NCBI GenBank assembly: GCA_050951325.1
Contig: JBMNIW010000012.1
Location: forward strand, 187,439-251,438
Length of the DNA: 64,000 nt
Direction of reading: 5' to 3'
From: Clostridia bacterium
Lineage (GTDB): Bacteria; Bacillota; Clostridia; UBA1212; DUPL01
A program made the translations under genes and the position numbers. Below the pieces are notes generated by a model. It saw only the letters and a program-made list of their open reading frames with translations, was not told where the DNA came from and did no database searches. Numbering within the stretch: position 1 is the first letter of the stretch; each line of letters starts with the position of its first letter. Positions 27,482 through 37,516 of this stretch are shown piece after piece.

Positions 27482-29641
27482 TTAATATTTTTTATTACTC
27501 AACAGGTAAGCAACATAGGATGTAAATCCATGGTTGCAGCTTGCTTCAGGTGTCAGGTTCTCCCAAAGGGTTCCCGTTTTTTCCGCCATGTAATAGAAGT
27601 AGTCCTTGATTTCCTCCTTTAATTTGTCAGTATAACCAAATCGCTTTAACAAATCCAGTCTCAGTACAGCACCGATAAAGGCATTCGAAGGATATACGTT
27701 AGGATATGTTTTACTTGCATCCCGCTTCGGTCCCATTTCATCAACCAACTTGCCCCAAAGAGCTTTATGGGTATCTGGAGTCGCAATATCCATAAAGAAT
27801 GCATAGTACTGGCATGTTTCACTGGTTTCGTTTGTTGAGACAAGCACGCCATCCTTCCTTATTTCATTATCCACAAAGAACTCTCCGTTAAAGGACCTCT
27901 CCAGAATCACCTCTTTTATTTTCTCTGCCTTTTCAATTAACTTGTCGTCATTGTACAGCCTGCCAGCATTTTCAAGAGTTGATGAATAAAGCATGTTTGA
28001 AGGATAGTTGACATCCTGCACAAAGTCGTTTGCCCGGGACCACTCTACAAAGACCCAGCTCTCAAGCTTCTCAAGAAGGCCGTATTCATTCTCAAACTTT
28101 TTGAAGTAATCCAGCAGTTCATATACTCTATCCTTTAACTTTTCTGCCAGCTCTTTTGCATTTTCATTGTCTTCATTTCTCTTTACAAAGTCATAAAGCT
28201 CCTTAACAAACCACATTGCCCAGTTAGGTATGAAGACCTTGTCGTAATGGTCGGAAGGATAGCACATGGGAAGCATTCCTTTTGGAAGGTGTTCAAATTT
28301 CTCTGGCAAAAGGAAGTTCTCCAAGAAGTTATACTCAATTGCATTTTCTCCCGTAAGGACTTTTTCAGCTCTTGCTGTAAAAAAGCTGTCGCACAGCCAG
28401 CCCGCCCTTTCCCTTGTGGGGCAGTCCATGAAAATGTCCACAGCATTCTGTTTGTATGTGTTTACCGCGCTTTCTAGAACTTTTCTCAGTTTCTCATCCT
28501 GCAATATGTCGTTATCTATAAATTCTTCCAGGCACATAAGAGGCACGGAGCAGATGTATTCCCTTACTTTTACATTGCGTACTTCAACCTCTCCTTTTGT
28601 GCACACAAACTTTATATACTTGAACCCATATGACTCAAAGGATATAAAGTCGTAGCTGCCCTTTTCCATTTCAATCTTGATAACATTCGTACAGCCGTTG
28701 GCAAGTCCTTCCACATCATTATGCTCGTTGATTCTCTCATCGAACATTATGTACAGGTCCGCATCTTCTTTACAAATAAAACCTGCAGCTATAAAGCCGG
28801 TACGCTCACTGTCCAGACTGTACACAACAATGTCATTTGCAAATAGCTTGTCGCTACCTTCGTAGTCTTCTGACACCTTGACAGGTTCAAACTTGAACTC
28901 CTGGGCAACATCCTCAAGGCAAACATCAAGCTCGTCATACTTGTATCCAAGTTGCATAGGTCCAATGTTTGCAACATGTCTTGTTCTTAAATATTCTTTA
29001 GGTTTTTCTCCAAAAGAACAGGTACCTCTTGCAATAATCTTGTCCACATTGCATTCGGGGTGGGTATATGTTGGAATTCTTCTTTCTATAAATTTCTTGC
29101 TATCAGTATGGGTGGGTACCAAAAAGTCATCGCCAATACTTACATCCGTGAATAGCATGTTGTAATTGCTGTTTAGTTTGTAAACTTCAGTAAAGGTTCT
29201 TTGAAATGAATACTTGTCCGTCTTTTTAATGCGCTCTTTGTATGGTCTTGAGTAGAATGGATTGCAGCTGCCTGTTGCAGCCAGTACTATGCCGTAAGTC
29301 TCTTCCACAATCTCAGCCTGCAAGAACGAAGGCTGGTTCAGAGTGTAATAGTTGTTTATGTTATATCCTGCTACCAATATCGCAACTACATTGTCACCTA
29401 AATCCAAATCCTCTGTAATATCAATTTCATCAACACGATAATACCCATGAGCGGTACGGCAGGGTCCTGTTGTAATGAATTTGCCGTTAATAAACAGCTG
29501 ATACACTGTAGATGCTGCAATTCTGACTACGTATCTCTTACCACTGTTCTCATTGCACAGAATAACGGTTTTGAACAGCATGGAATAGTTCATCTCTTTT
29601 TCTTTTCCCTTTTGCCATACCGGCAACGCTTCTTTAAACAT
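27482..29641 (-). CDS. (alpha/alpha)6-barrel glycoside hydrolase, alpha-L-rhamnosidase (GH78)-like
   Basis: 'MDCPTRERAGWLCDSF' resembles GH78 'DCPxRERxGW(T/L)GD' catalytic-domain signature; 719 aa, no signal peptide. Confidence 0.5.
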   Translation of the reverse strand: MFKEALPVWQKGKEKEMNYSMLFKTVILCNENSGKRYVVRIAASTVYQLFINGKFITTGPCRTAHGYYRVDEIDITEDLDLGDNVVAILVAGYNINNYYTLNQPSFLQAEIVEETYGIVLAATGSCNPFYSRPYKERIKKTDKYSFQRTFTEVYKLNSNYNMLFTDVSIGDDFLVPTHTDSKKFIERRIPTYTHPECNVDKIIARGTCSFGEKPKEYLRTRHVANIGPMQLGYKYDELDVCLEDVAQEFKFEPVKVSEDYEGSDKLFANDIVVYSLDSERTGFIAAGFICKEDADLYIMFDERINEHNDVEGLANGCTNVIKIEMEKGSYDFISFESYGFKYIKFVCTKGEVEVRNVKVREYICSVPLMCLEEFIDNDILQDEKLRKVLESAVNTYKQNAVDIFMDCPTRERAGWLCDSFFTARAEKVLTGENAIEYNFLENFLLPEKFEHLPKGMLPMCYPSDHYDKVFIPNWAMWFVKELYDFVKRNEDNENAKELAEKLKDRVYELLDYFKKFENEYGLLEKLESWVFVEWSRANDFVQDVNYPSNMLYSSTLENAGRLYNDDKLIEKAEKIKEVILERSFNGEFFVDNEIRKDGVLVSTNETSETCQYYAFFMDIATPDTHKALWGKLVDEMGPKRDASKTYPNVYPSNAFIGAVLRLDLLKRFGYTDKLKEEIKDYFYYMAEKTGTLWENLTPEASCNHGFTSYVAYLLSNKKY

Positions 29642-29727
29642 AATATAACAACCATCCTTTAAATTACATAAATCAGATAAAGCATATATTAGATTACTAT
29701 TTCAACATAACAATGTCAACAATAATA

Positions 29728-30924
29728 CTACCTTTTTGCCTCATAAACAACATTGCCATCAATTATTGTGTACAGGGTCTTGGTAAAGGTCTCCATCGGA
29801 TTACCAGAGAATATGGCAATGTCCGCATCCTTCCCCACCTCTATGCTGCCCACCCTATGAGCAACCCTGCAAATCTCAGCAGCATTAATGGTAATGGCTC
29901 TTAAACCTTCTTCCACACCCAGGCCTTCCTTTGCTGCAAGGCCTGCACACAAGCCAAGGCTGGTTATCAATGAAACCGGATGATCCGTGGTGATGGCCAC
30001 CTTGATACCTTTTTTTGCAAGAACACCCGGAACCTTGAAATCCGAGTACTGTACCTCTATTTTGTTCCGAGAAGCAAGTGTAGGCCCGATTATTACCGGA
30101 TATCCCGAAGCAAGTATTTCGTCCACTATAAGGTGGCCTTCGGTGCAGTGGTCAAGTGTCATGTCCAAATCAAACTGCTTTGCAATCCTTATGGCAGTTA
30201 ATATGTCATCTACCCTGTGTACATGAGCTTTCAAAGGAATCTTCTTTTCCAAAACAGGAAGCCAGCACTCCATTCTAAAGTCTTCTTCAAATTCCTCTCC
30301 ATTTTGCATTGCCTTGTCCTTATCCTGTTTGTACAGAACAGCTTCGTGCAACTCTTCTCTTAGCATTGAAGCAATCGTCATTCTAGTCGAGGGCATCATT
30401 CCATTATCTCCGTAGGCCCTCTTGGGGTTTTCACCAAACGCAACTTTCATGGCAGCAGGTTCCAAAACTATAAGGTCATCTATTTTCCTTCCTCTGGTCT
30501 TCAAGAAAACAAACTGGCCTCCAACTACATTTGAACTTCCAGGACCTGTCATAACAGAGGTAATCCCCGCCCTTACTGCGTTTTCAAAGGCCGAATCCAT
30601 TGCATTTACAGCATCTATTGCTTTCAAGTATGGGGTTACAGGTTCCATTGTCTCATTGCTGTCGTTTCCTTCCATGCCCTTTTTCTCTTCTTGGATGCCT
30701 ATATGACTATGGGCATCAATCAAGCCAGGCATTGCAATATTCCCTCTTGCATTTATAACTCTGACCTTTTCTTTGTCAAAACTATCCAATTTTTCATCTT
30801 CTGTAATTATTTTGTCTATTTTACCGTCTTTAACAAATATATGGCCCTTCTTAATTATTTCAAACTTTTCCTTTCTAGCCATGGTGTAAATACGCGCATT
30901 TTTAATTAGCAGCAATGCTAACAC
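29728..30924 (-). CDS. Metal-dependent amidohydrolase-family protein
   Basis: 'PGLIDAHSHIG' HxH metal-binding motif near N-term, ~400 aa. Confidence 0.65.
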   Translation of the reverse strand: MLALLLIKNARIYTMARKEKFEIIKKGHIFVKDGKIDKIITEDEKLDSFDKEKVRVINARGNIAMPGLIDAHSHIGIQEEKKGMEGNDSNETMEPVTPYLKAIDAVNAMDSAFENAVRAGITSVMTGPGSSNVVGGQFVFLKTRGRKIDDLIVLEPAAMKVAFGENPKRAYGDNGMMPSTRMTIASMLREELHEAVLYKQDKDKAMQNGEEFEEDFRMECWLPVLEKKIPLKAHVHRVDDILTAIRIAKQFDLDMTLDHCTEGHLIVDEILASGYPVIIGPTLASRNKIEVQYSDFKVPGVLAKKGIKVAITTDHPVSLITSLGLCAGLAAKEGLGVEEGLRAITINAAEICRVAHRVGSIEVGKDADIAIFSGNPMETFTKTLYTIIDGNVVYEAKR

Positions 30925-31059
30925 CTTCTTTTGCTTTTTTTATATTATCTGTTTTTTGGGTTTTTATATTCTTTTCCCATGAATAATATTTTGCTCTGTG
31001 CAAATAATAACGTTGTCTTCTATATGAAGATAGATCAAGAAAGGCAGTGAATTTTTAAA

Positions 31060-31203
31060 ATGGATCAAGACAACAGGAACAAAAACAAGAATAAGAATAA
31101 CCGCAATGAGCAATGCTGTGACAACAATCAGAACAACAGGCAGAACCAGCAGAACAGACAGAATCAGAACAGACAGAACCAGAATCAAAACCAGAACAGA
31201 TAG
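31060..31203 (+). other. Possible small ORF (47 aa, N/Q/R-rich: MDQDNRNKNKNKNNRNEQCCDNNQNNRQNQQNRQNQNRQNQNQNQNR) over an imperfect (CAGAAC/CAGAAT)n repeat; coding status doubtful
   Basis: ATG..TAG in frame, weak RBS; all three frames of both strands open across the repeat. Confidence 0.2.
31085..31200. repeat. Imperfect hexanucleotide (CAGAAC/CAGAAT/CAGACA) low-complexity repeat
   Basis: Read directly. Confidence 0.6.
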
Positions 31204-31240
31204 GTTTTGTTGGTTTGTCTAGCTTATTTGCGACAAAAAA

Positions 31241-31272
31241 ACAGAGCAATAGAACCTACACTATTGCTCTGT
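31241..31272. terminator. Bidirectional rho-independent terminator (12-bp perfect stem ACAGAGCAATAG/CTATTGCTCTGT, 8-nt loop, A7 upstream, T-rich downstream) after floT
   Basis: Read directly. Confidence 0.7.
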
Positions 31273-31298
31273 CTTTATTTTACCTTTTTTTGTAAATC

Positions 31299-32702
31299 CT
31301 ATTCGGTTTCCACAATCACTGCTTCTTCAGCATCCGGCTTGTCGTCATTCATGTCAACCCCCAGGTATTCGGGGAGTTGCATGCCTGCCATCTTGAATAG
31401 TTCGTTCAAAGGTGGTACTGATGAAATCAGTGATGACAGGAAATTCGACGTGGTTGAACTGCCTTTGGCACCGCCCATGCTGTCCCAAACAGTTACCTTG
31501 TCAATCTTAAGGTTCTTAATAGCCTCAACCTGAATCTTGATAAGCTCTTCAAGCTTGTCAGCAATAATAAGCTTGACAGCATCATTTGCATTGTCTCCAG
31601 CAGCCCTTACGATTTCCCTGAGACCTTCGGCCTGTTTCATAAGTATTTCCTTGTTGCCGCGTGCTTCGGCTTCAAGTTTTGCAAAGATTGCGTCCGCTTC
31701 ACCTTTTGCCCTTCGCCTCAACTGTTCAGCTTCCGCCTCAGCCCTGATTTCAAGCGCTTTCTTCTCGATTTCAGACTTGACTATTGTATCGGCCTCAAGG
31801 GTTGCTTTCTCCTTAAGCGCACGGGTTTCTTCCGCTTCTTTCTCTGCCATGTATGCTTCTTTAAGAGCATTTGCCTCAGCAACTTTCTCTGCTGCGATAG
31901 CCTGCCTTAACGATTCCGCTTCTTCCTGTCTTCTTACAGCATTAGACTGGGCAATCTTAATCTTGACCTCGTTTTCACCTTCGATAGCAAAAGCATCCGC
32001 CTGAGCCACCTGAATACGCTGGTCTTTTCTTGCATTTGCCTCACCGATTGAACCGTCTCTTTCTCTTTCGGCAACGCTCTTCTTAGCATCGTTGATTGCT
32101 CTAGCAGCAGCTTCTTTACCAAGTGCCTCTATGTAGCCGGACTCGTCGGTTATGTCGGTGACATTGACGTTGATTAATGTAAGACCGATTTTCTTAAGCT
32201 CGGATTCAACGTTAGCTGAAACTGCAGCCAAAAATTTGTCTCTGTCACTGTTGATTTCTTCAATAGTCATTGTTGCAATAACGAGACGAAGCTGACCGAA
32301 TATGATGTCTTTTGCCAATTCCTGAATTTCCTGTGAGGACAGTCTTGCAATTCTTTCAGCAGCATTCTGCATTATTCCCTCTTCGGTAGATATACCTACC
32401 GTAAAACTTGAAGGTACGTTTATCCTAATATTCTGTCTACATAATGCATTGGTCAGCGGTACGTTAATGGATATGGGCGTTAGATCCATATATTTGTAAT
32501 CCTGGATTACAGGGATTACAAAGGCACCTCCACCATGTATACACTTTGCAGATCTGAATTCTCCATCCCTGCCTTTACGCAGCTTTCCAAATACTACGAG
32601 CACCTTGTCGGAAGGACATTTTCTGTATCTGCTCAGTATAAAGATTATGATGCCGAAAAGCAGAATTACTATCAAGCCAACGATATAGATTAATTCTGGC
32701 AT
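31299..32702 (-). CDS. floT: Flotillin-like SPFH/band-7 protein (FloT/YuaG-like)
   Basis: N-terminal TM, SPFH domain, long Ala/Glu-rich coiled-coil 'EAERIARLSSQEIQELAKD...AEKEAEETRALKEKATLEAD', ~470 aa; preceded by nfeD-like gene. Confidence 0.8.
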   Translation of the reverse strand: MPELIYIVGLIVILLFGIIIFILSRYRKCPSDKVLVVFGKLRKGRDGEFRSAKCIHGGGAFVIPVIQDYKYMDLTPISINVPLTNALCRQNIRINVPSSFTVGISTEEGIMQNAAERIARLSSQEIQELAKDIIFGQLRLVIATMTIEEINSDRDKFLAAVSANVESELKKIGLTLINVNVTDITDESGYIEALGKEAAARAINDAKKSVAERERDGSIGEANARKDQRIQVAQADAFAIEGENEVKIKIAQSNAVRRQEEAESLRQAIAAEKVAEANALKEAYMAEKEAEETRALKEKATLEADTIVKSEIEKKALEIRAEAEAEQLRRRAKGEADAIFAKLEAEARGNKEILMKQAEGLREIVRAAGDNANDAVKLIIADKLEELIKIQVEAIKNLKIDKVTVWDSMGGAKGSSTTSNFLSSLISSVPPLNELFKMAGMQLPEYLGVDMNDDKPDAEEAVIVETE

Positions 32703-32721
32703 TTTTTATCTCCTCTCCCTT

Positions 32722-33330
32722 TTATATTTTTTCCACCACCAATGTATTGGGATGAACAACATCCTTAACAATTATCTGACTCCCGGTGGGAATGTCCTCC
32801 TTGCTTTCGGTGACTGCATCAAACTCTCTCAGTCGTTCCTGTACCACAACGCTGACTTTTCCCTTGCCCTTCCCTTTAGGAGGGATAATTAAATATACTG
32901 TTCCCTGTTTTCCAACAGCATTCCTGATATTTATGTTACCGCTGTACTGAAGTTTCATGGCCATCTGCATCAACTTTGCAAGTAGAAGCATGGTGGCAAA
33001 TCCCGCCAACAGTCCTATCAGCAATGCAAAAGGAGTTTTCAAACCAGTTTTCAAACAGAAGATTGAGGTCCAGCCGCCTATTGCAAAAAAAGCAAGTATG
33101 CCTCTAATTGTCAGAAGCTGTAGACCTGAAACATCTGCAAGATCATCAACACCAAAATCGGATCCATCCACATCGAAATCCACAGCATCAACACCATCCA
33201 TTCCATCCATTGCATCGTCTCCAATGCCGAACAGTGCAAGAATGGTTTGGATAACCAGGATTACTGAGGAAGAAGTGGCCAATATGTACAATATTTTCTC
33301 AAGCATGGATATAGAATCCCACCAGTTCAT
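32722..33330 (-). CDS. NfeD-family membrane protein (YuaF-like) with C-terminal OB-fold
   Basis: Multi-TM N-term then 'GKQGTVYLIIPPKGKGKGKVSVVVQ...IVKDVVHPNTLVVE' beta-barrel tail; conserved nfeD-floT pairing. Confidence 0.7.
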   Translation of the reverse strand: MNWWDSISMLEKILYILATSSSVILVIQTILALFGIGDDAMDGMDGVDAVDFDVDGSDFGVDDLADVSGLQLLTIRGILAFFAIGGWTSIFCLKTGLKTPFALLIGLLAGFATMLLLAKLMQMAMKLQYSGNINIRNAVGKQGTVYLIIPPKGKGKGKVSVVVQERLREFDAVTESKEDIPTGSQIIVKDVVHPNTLVVEKI

Positions 33331-33387
33331 AGCTTCCCTCCCAAAGGCAATACTATCTATATTTATATTATATTTTATTGCAAATAA

Positions 33388-34410
33388 TTACCTTACAACC
33401 CTGCCAGAACCATCGCCGCCCATCAAAGTCTTGACTTCATTGACAGTTACTTGGTTGTAGTCACCATAAATTGAATGTTTGAGACAGGATGCAGCTACTG
33501 CAAACTCTATAGCCTCCCTTGGCTCGTAGTTGTTTAAAAGTGAGTAGATAAGGCCGCCACCAAAGGAATCACCGCCGCCTACTCTGTCCACAATGTGTAC
33601 GTTGTATTTTCTGCTGAAATAGTAATCGTTTCCATCAAACAGCATTGCGCTCCAGTTGTTGTCGTCAGCAGACAAGCTTTCTCTAAGTGTAATGGCAACA
33701 TACTTAAGACCAAACCTGTCCGCCAGCTGCTTTGCCACATCCTTGTAGCCAGCTACGTTAAGCTCACCTGAAACAACGTCCGTGCCTCTTGCCTTGATAC
33801 CAAACACATCGTCAGCGTCCTCTTCGTTGGCTATGCACAAGTCAACATACTGCATAAGCTCGCCCATTACCTTGCCAGCCTTCTCCCTAGTCCAAAGCTT
33901 CTTGCGGTAGTTTAAGTCGCAACTTACCATGATTCCTTTTTCATTGCACTTCTTCAGTGCTTCCAATGTAACTTCCGCCACATTGTCGCCCAATGCAGGA
34001 GTGATTCCGGTAAAATGGAACCATGTTGCGTCATCCAAAACTTTGTCCCAGTCTATTTCACCAGGCTGGATTGCTGATATGGACGAATATTTTCTATCAT
34101 AAACAACTTTTGAAGGTCTTTGCGATGCACCGGTTTCAAGGAAATAAATACCGAGTCTTTCTCCGCCTCTCAATACGTTGCTGGTGCCAACACCGTATTG
34201 TCTTAGCGAATTTATGGCAGCCTGACCTATTTCATTCTCAGGCACTTTTGATACAAACACAGCATTTTCACCGTAATTGGCAAGGGATACACTCACGTTT
34301 GCCTCTGCTCCACCAAAAGTAGCAATAAAGTTGTCTGCCTGAACAAATCTCAACCTGTCAGGGGTTGCCAGCCTCAACATTATTTCTCCAAAACATACAA
34401 TCTTGTTCAT
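33388..34410 (-). CDS. kdgK: 2-dehydro-3-deoxygluconokinase (PfkB family)
   Basis: 'IVCFGEIMLRLATPD', 'GGGDSFGGGLIY'; 4-bp overlap with upstream KDPG aldolase gene. Confidence 0.8.
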   Translation of the reverse strand: MNKIVCFGEIMLRLATPDRLRFVQADNFIATFGGAEANVSVSLANYGENAVFVSKVPENEIGQAAINSLRQYGVGTSNVLRGGERLGIYFLETGASQRPSKVVYDRKYSSISAIQPGEIDWDKVLDDATWFHFTGITPALGDNVAEVTLEALKKCNEKGIMVSCDLNYRKKLWTREKAGKVMGELMQYVDLCIANEEDADDVFGIKARGTDVVSGELNVAGYKDVAKQLADRFGLKYVAITLRESLSADDNNWSAMLFDGNDYYFSRKYNVHIVDRVGGGDSFGGGLIYSLLNNYEPREAIEFAVAASCLKHSIYGDYNQVTVNEVKTLMGGDGSGRVVR

Positions 34411-35051
34411 TCTTTCCTACCTCTCCTTACCGCTTCTATATATTTCAATCCAGTTTCATATATCGAATCGTAGTCGCCTGTCTTTGCACCCTTGGTCAGA
34501 TTGCTTCCCACGCCTATTGCCACTGCACCCGCCTTGATCCAGTCTGCAGCATTATCAAGATTCACACCGCCTGTAGGCATAAGCTTTGCATGTGGCAGCG
34601 GACCTTTTACCGCTTTAATAAATGCAGGACCGAACAACTCGCCTGGGAACAACTTTATAATATCCACACCGCACTCCATACACTCGACTACTTCCTTTAC
34701 AGTCATGGCGCCCGCCATGCAGGGAATCTGGTACCTGTTGCATAAAGTAACAGTATCTTTGTTCAAACAGGGGGTTATGATATATTGTGCGCCTGCCAAG
34801 ATGGCGTCTCTTGCAGTTTCCGCATCCAAAACGGTTCCCGCACCAATAATAACTTCGCCGTTTTTGTAAGTCTTTGCAAGCTCTTTAATAACATCACCGG
34901 CCCCAGGCACCGTGTATGTTATTTCAACAGCCACAATACCTGCTTTTGCACACTGCTCCGCTATTTTAAGTGCCTGTTCCGGGGTCTCGGCTCTTACAAC
35001 AGCAACAACTCCACAGTCAACAATCCGTTTTAACACTGTACTCTTATCCAT
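34407..35051 (-). CDS. eda: KDPG / KHG aldolase (2-dehydro-3-deoxyphosphogluconate aldolase)
   Basis: ~214 aa TIM-barrel aldolase 'VVAVVRAETPEQALKIAEQCAKAGIVAVEITY...GAGTVLD'. Confidence 0.8.
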   Translation of the reverse strand: MDKSTVLKRIVDCGVVAVVRAETPEQALKIAEQCAKAGIVAVEITYTVPGAGDVIKELAKTYKNGEVIIGAGTVLDAETARDAILAGAQYIITPCLNKDTVTLCNRYQIPCMAGAMTVKEVVECMECGVDIIKLFPGELFGPAFIKAVKGPLPHAKLMPTGGVNLDNAADWIKAGAVAIGVGSNLTKGAKTGDYDSIYETGLKYIEAVRRGRKE

Positions 35052-35145
35052 TTATTCATCAACCTAACCTTATGAAATTTTTTATATCAAAAATATAATA
35101 TCACATAATCCGTCACTTTACCATATTACTCTGTAAAGTTCGTAC

Positions 35146-35176
35146 ACAAAAATTTAAAGCCAGGCAATCGCCCGGC
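35146..35176 (-). terminator. Terminator of pilus operon: hairpin GCCGGGCGATTGCCTGGC (7-bp stem, 1 mismatch) followed by T-rich run on minus strand
   Basis: Read directly, 10 bp downstream of pilB stop. Confidence 0.5.
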
Positions 35177-35186
35177 CAAACTCTCC

Positions 35187-36881
35187 TTATTGATAATATG
35201 ATATTTTAATAAGTTCCTGGGGTGACGTTATCCCCTTTCTTACAAGCTCCATTGCGCTCTCCTTAAGAGTCATCATGCCCTGCTCCTCAATGGCATAAGC
35301 CTGTATTTCGTCCATTGGAGCCTTGCTGGATATGAGTGTCCTCAATGTCCTGTCGATTATAGCCATCTCATGGATGGCAATTCTGCCCTTGTAGCCCGTA
35401 TTGTTGCAGATGTGGCAGCCGGTACCTTTTTTGACTTCGACAATATCATCGTCAAGGAACTCTCTTTCTGAAAGCTCCGGTTTGTACGTTGTCATGCAGT
35501 ATGGACATATTTTTCGAATAAGCCTCTGTGCTACTAGTCCTGTAACGGAGTTAGCTATAAGGTATGGAGATATGCCCATGTCGTTCAATCTTACTATGGC
35601 AGACAAAGCATCATTTGTATGCAGTGTAGACAAGACAAGGTGTCCAGTAATGGCGGCTCTTACTGATATCTGTGCGGTTTCTATATCCCTTGTTTCTCCA
35701 ACCATTATGATATCAGGGTCTTGTCTAAGTATCGCCCTTAATCCCACGTCAAAAGTAAGGCCTGCCACGTTGTTAACCTGCATCTGATTCACTCTTTCGA
35801 GGTTTCTTTCCACAGGGTCCTCAATGGTGGATATGTTTACTTCTCCTTTTGACAAATGTTCCAATGCCATATACAAAGTTGTGGTCTTTCCGCTTCCGGT
35901 AGGACCTGTAATATATATGATTCCGTGAGGTGACATGAGCATTTGTTTAAACTTTTCATAATTTGTTGAGTTCATTCCAAACTGGTCCTTGTTGTCGATA
36001 GGCGTATCGGTGAGAAGAAATCTCATAACCGCCTTTTCACCATAGATTGTTGGAATTATGGACACCCTCACGTTTATTTCATTACCCTCAACAACTGTCC
36101 TGAAATGGCCATCCTGGGGGACTCTTTTCTCTGCTATGTTCAGGTTGGAAAGAATCTTTATACGTGCTATCAAAGGATTTTGTATTTGATGGGTAAGGTT
36201 CATGTAATCGACAAGCATCCCATCCACCCTGAACCTTATTACCGTTCGTTCTTCAAAAGGCTCTATGTGAATATCGCTCGCGTTGGTACTGTAGCCTTTT
36301 GACAATAGACTATCAAGCAGCCTTACCACCGGTGCCAAGGTAGTGCTCTCCGCCTCTTCCACATTCGTTACTTCCACAGTTGTGCTTAGAACGCTGGAAT
36401 GGGCGTGTTTTGCAGCTTTCTGAGCATCTATTTCACTGTAATAATAGTTGATTAGATCGAGTATGCTTTGTGACTCGGAAAGATAAAGGGAGAGATTCAT
36501 TTTTGTAAGCTGTCTTATGTCCTCAATGGCATAGAAGTTAAGCGGGTCACTCATGGCAACGGACAATGTTCCATTCTCCACTTTTATGCCTATCATATTG
36601 TACTTTACAGCCAGGTCTTTTGGTATCTTGCTTACTGCCTCTATTTCTACGGGAAATGCGATAACATTTATAACAGGGAGGTTAAGACGCTGTCCCAATG
36701 CCTCAATAACCTGGGTTTCTGTAACAAAGCCAAGTTCAATAAGTATCTGTCCCAGTCTTTTTTTTCTGTCCCTTTTCTGGGCCTCGAGAGCCTGGTTCAA
36801 CTGGTCATCGTTGATATAATTGTATTCCTTTAGGACTTCGCCTATAGGAACATTCACAATGTTGCTCATAATCTCACCCAT
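35187..36881 (-). CDS. pilB: Type IV pilus assembly ATPase PilB (GspE family) with N-terminal T2SSE_N domain and C-terminal Cys4 zinc site
   Basis: Walker A 'GPTGSGKTTTLY', 'CPYC...CHICNNTGYKGR'. Confidence 0.9.
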   Translation of the reverse strand: MGEIMSNIVNVPIGEVLKEYNYINDDQLNQALEAQKRDRKKRLGQILIELGFVTETQVIEALGQRLNLPVINVIAFPVEIEAVSKIPKDLAVKYNMIGIKVENGTLSVAMSDPLNFYAIEDIRQLTKMNLSLYLSESQSILDLINYYYSEIDAQKAAKHAHSSVLSTTVEVTNVEEAESTTLAPVVRLLDSLLSKGYSTNASDIHIEPFEERTVIRFRVDGMLVDYMNLTHQIQNPLIARIKILSNLNIAEKRVPQDGHFRTVVEGNEINVRVSIIPTIYGEKAVMRFLLTDTPIDNKDQFGMNSTNYEKFKQMLMSPHGIIYITGPTGSGKTTTLYMALEHLSKGEVNISTIEDPVERNLERVNQMQVNNVAGLTFDVGLRAILRQDPDIIMVGETRDIETAQISVRAAITGHLVLSTLHTNDALSAIVRLNDMGISPYLIANSVTGLVAQRLIRKICPYCMTTYKPELSEREFLDDDIVEVKKGTGCHICNNTGYKGRIAIHEMAIIDRTLRTLISSKAPMDEIQAYAIEEQGMMTLKESAMELVRKGITSPQELIKISYYQ

Positions 36882-37516
36882 TACATTAGCAGTTCAAACA
36901 AATTGAATTTGCCTTCCTCGTGCATATATATCTCAAAAGTCATTACTATTCCAACATTTGATGCATCCTCTCCCAATGAGCCACCCTCTCCTGAAAGTAT
37001 GTTACAGGTCTCTATCCTTATTGTCCCGGTTTCTGAAAACAAATCCAAAATATTTTCAAAATCCTCCATACTCCCTTCAAGACGTATGGAAATCCTCATA
37101 GCCTGAACGTTTACCGCTTCTTCCTTCTTATCGCTCTGCATGTATGGCAGTATCTCTTTGGTAAAGGGGCCAGTTACGTTAAAGCTTTTAAGTACAATAT
37201 TGTTTCTAATTGCAATTTCCGATACAAAAGCATCTATTTGCTGGTTGCTTAGCACAGGATTCATTCTGGAAAGAAGCTCGTCCACTTCTGTTTCAAGCTC
37301 CACAATCTCTTCCTTGTATCTTTCGTAATTGTTTATGCCGCTCCTTACCTCGAATTCCTTAAGCTCAAGTTCAAAAAGTGTGTTTTCTAATTCGCTGTGC
37401 CTGTCAAAAAGGGGCTTTACTACAAACATTCCAATACCATAAAGGATAAGGATGACCAGCAGGATGTATAATAGAACTTTTTCTCTTTTTGTGAGCTTTC
37501 TAAAAATCGTTGACAT
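36881..37516 (-). CDS. pilO: PilO-like type IV pilus biogenesis protein
   Basis: Single N-terminal TM + coiled coil, position after pilN. Confidence 0.5.
   Translation of the reverse strand: MSTIFRKLTKREKVLLYILLVILILYGIGMFVVKPLFDRHSELENTLFELELKEFEVRSGINNYERYKEEIVELETEVDELLSRMNPVLSNQQIDAFVSEIAIRNNIVLKSFNVTGPFTKEILPYMQSDKKEEAVNVQAMRISIRLEGSMEDFENILDLFSETGTIRIETCNILSGEGGSLGEDASNVGIVMTFEIYMHEEGKFNLFELLM

Noticed and set aside
31537-32004. 155-aa Ala/Ser-rich ORF, and similar antisense ORFs such as 8722..9243, 11786..12136, 34492..34869
   Set aside because: These are mirror-frame artefacts of the coiled-coil or repeat-rich coding sequences on the opposite strand. They overlap well-supported genes.
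35052-35186. KdgR/CcpA cre operator upstream of the KDPG aldolase / kdgK operon
   Set aside because: No convincing TGWAANCGNTNWCA-like site was found by eye; this was not checked exhaustively.
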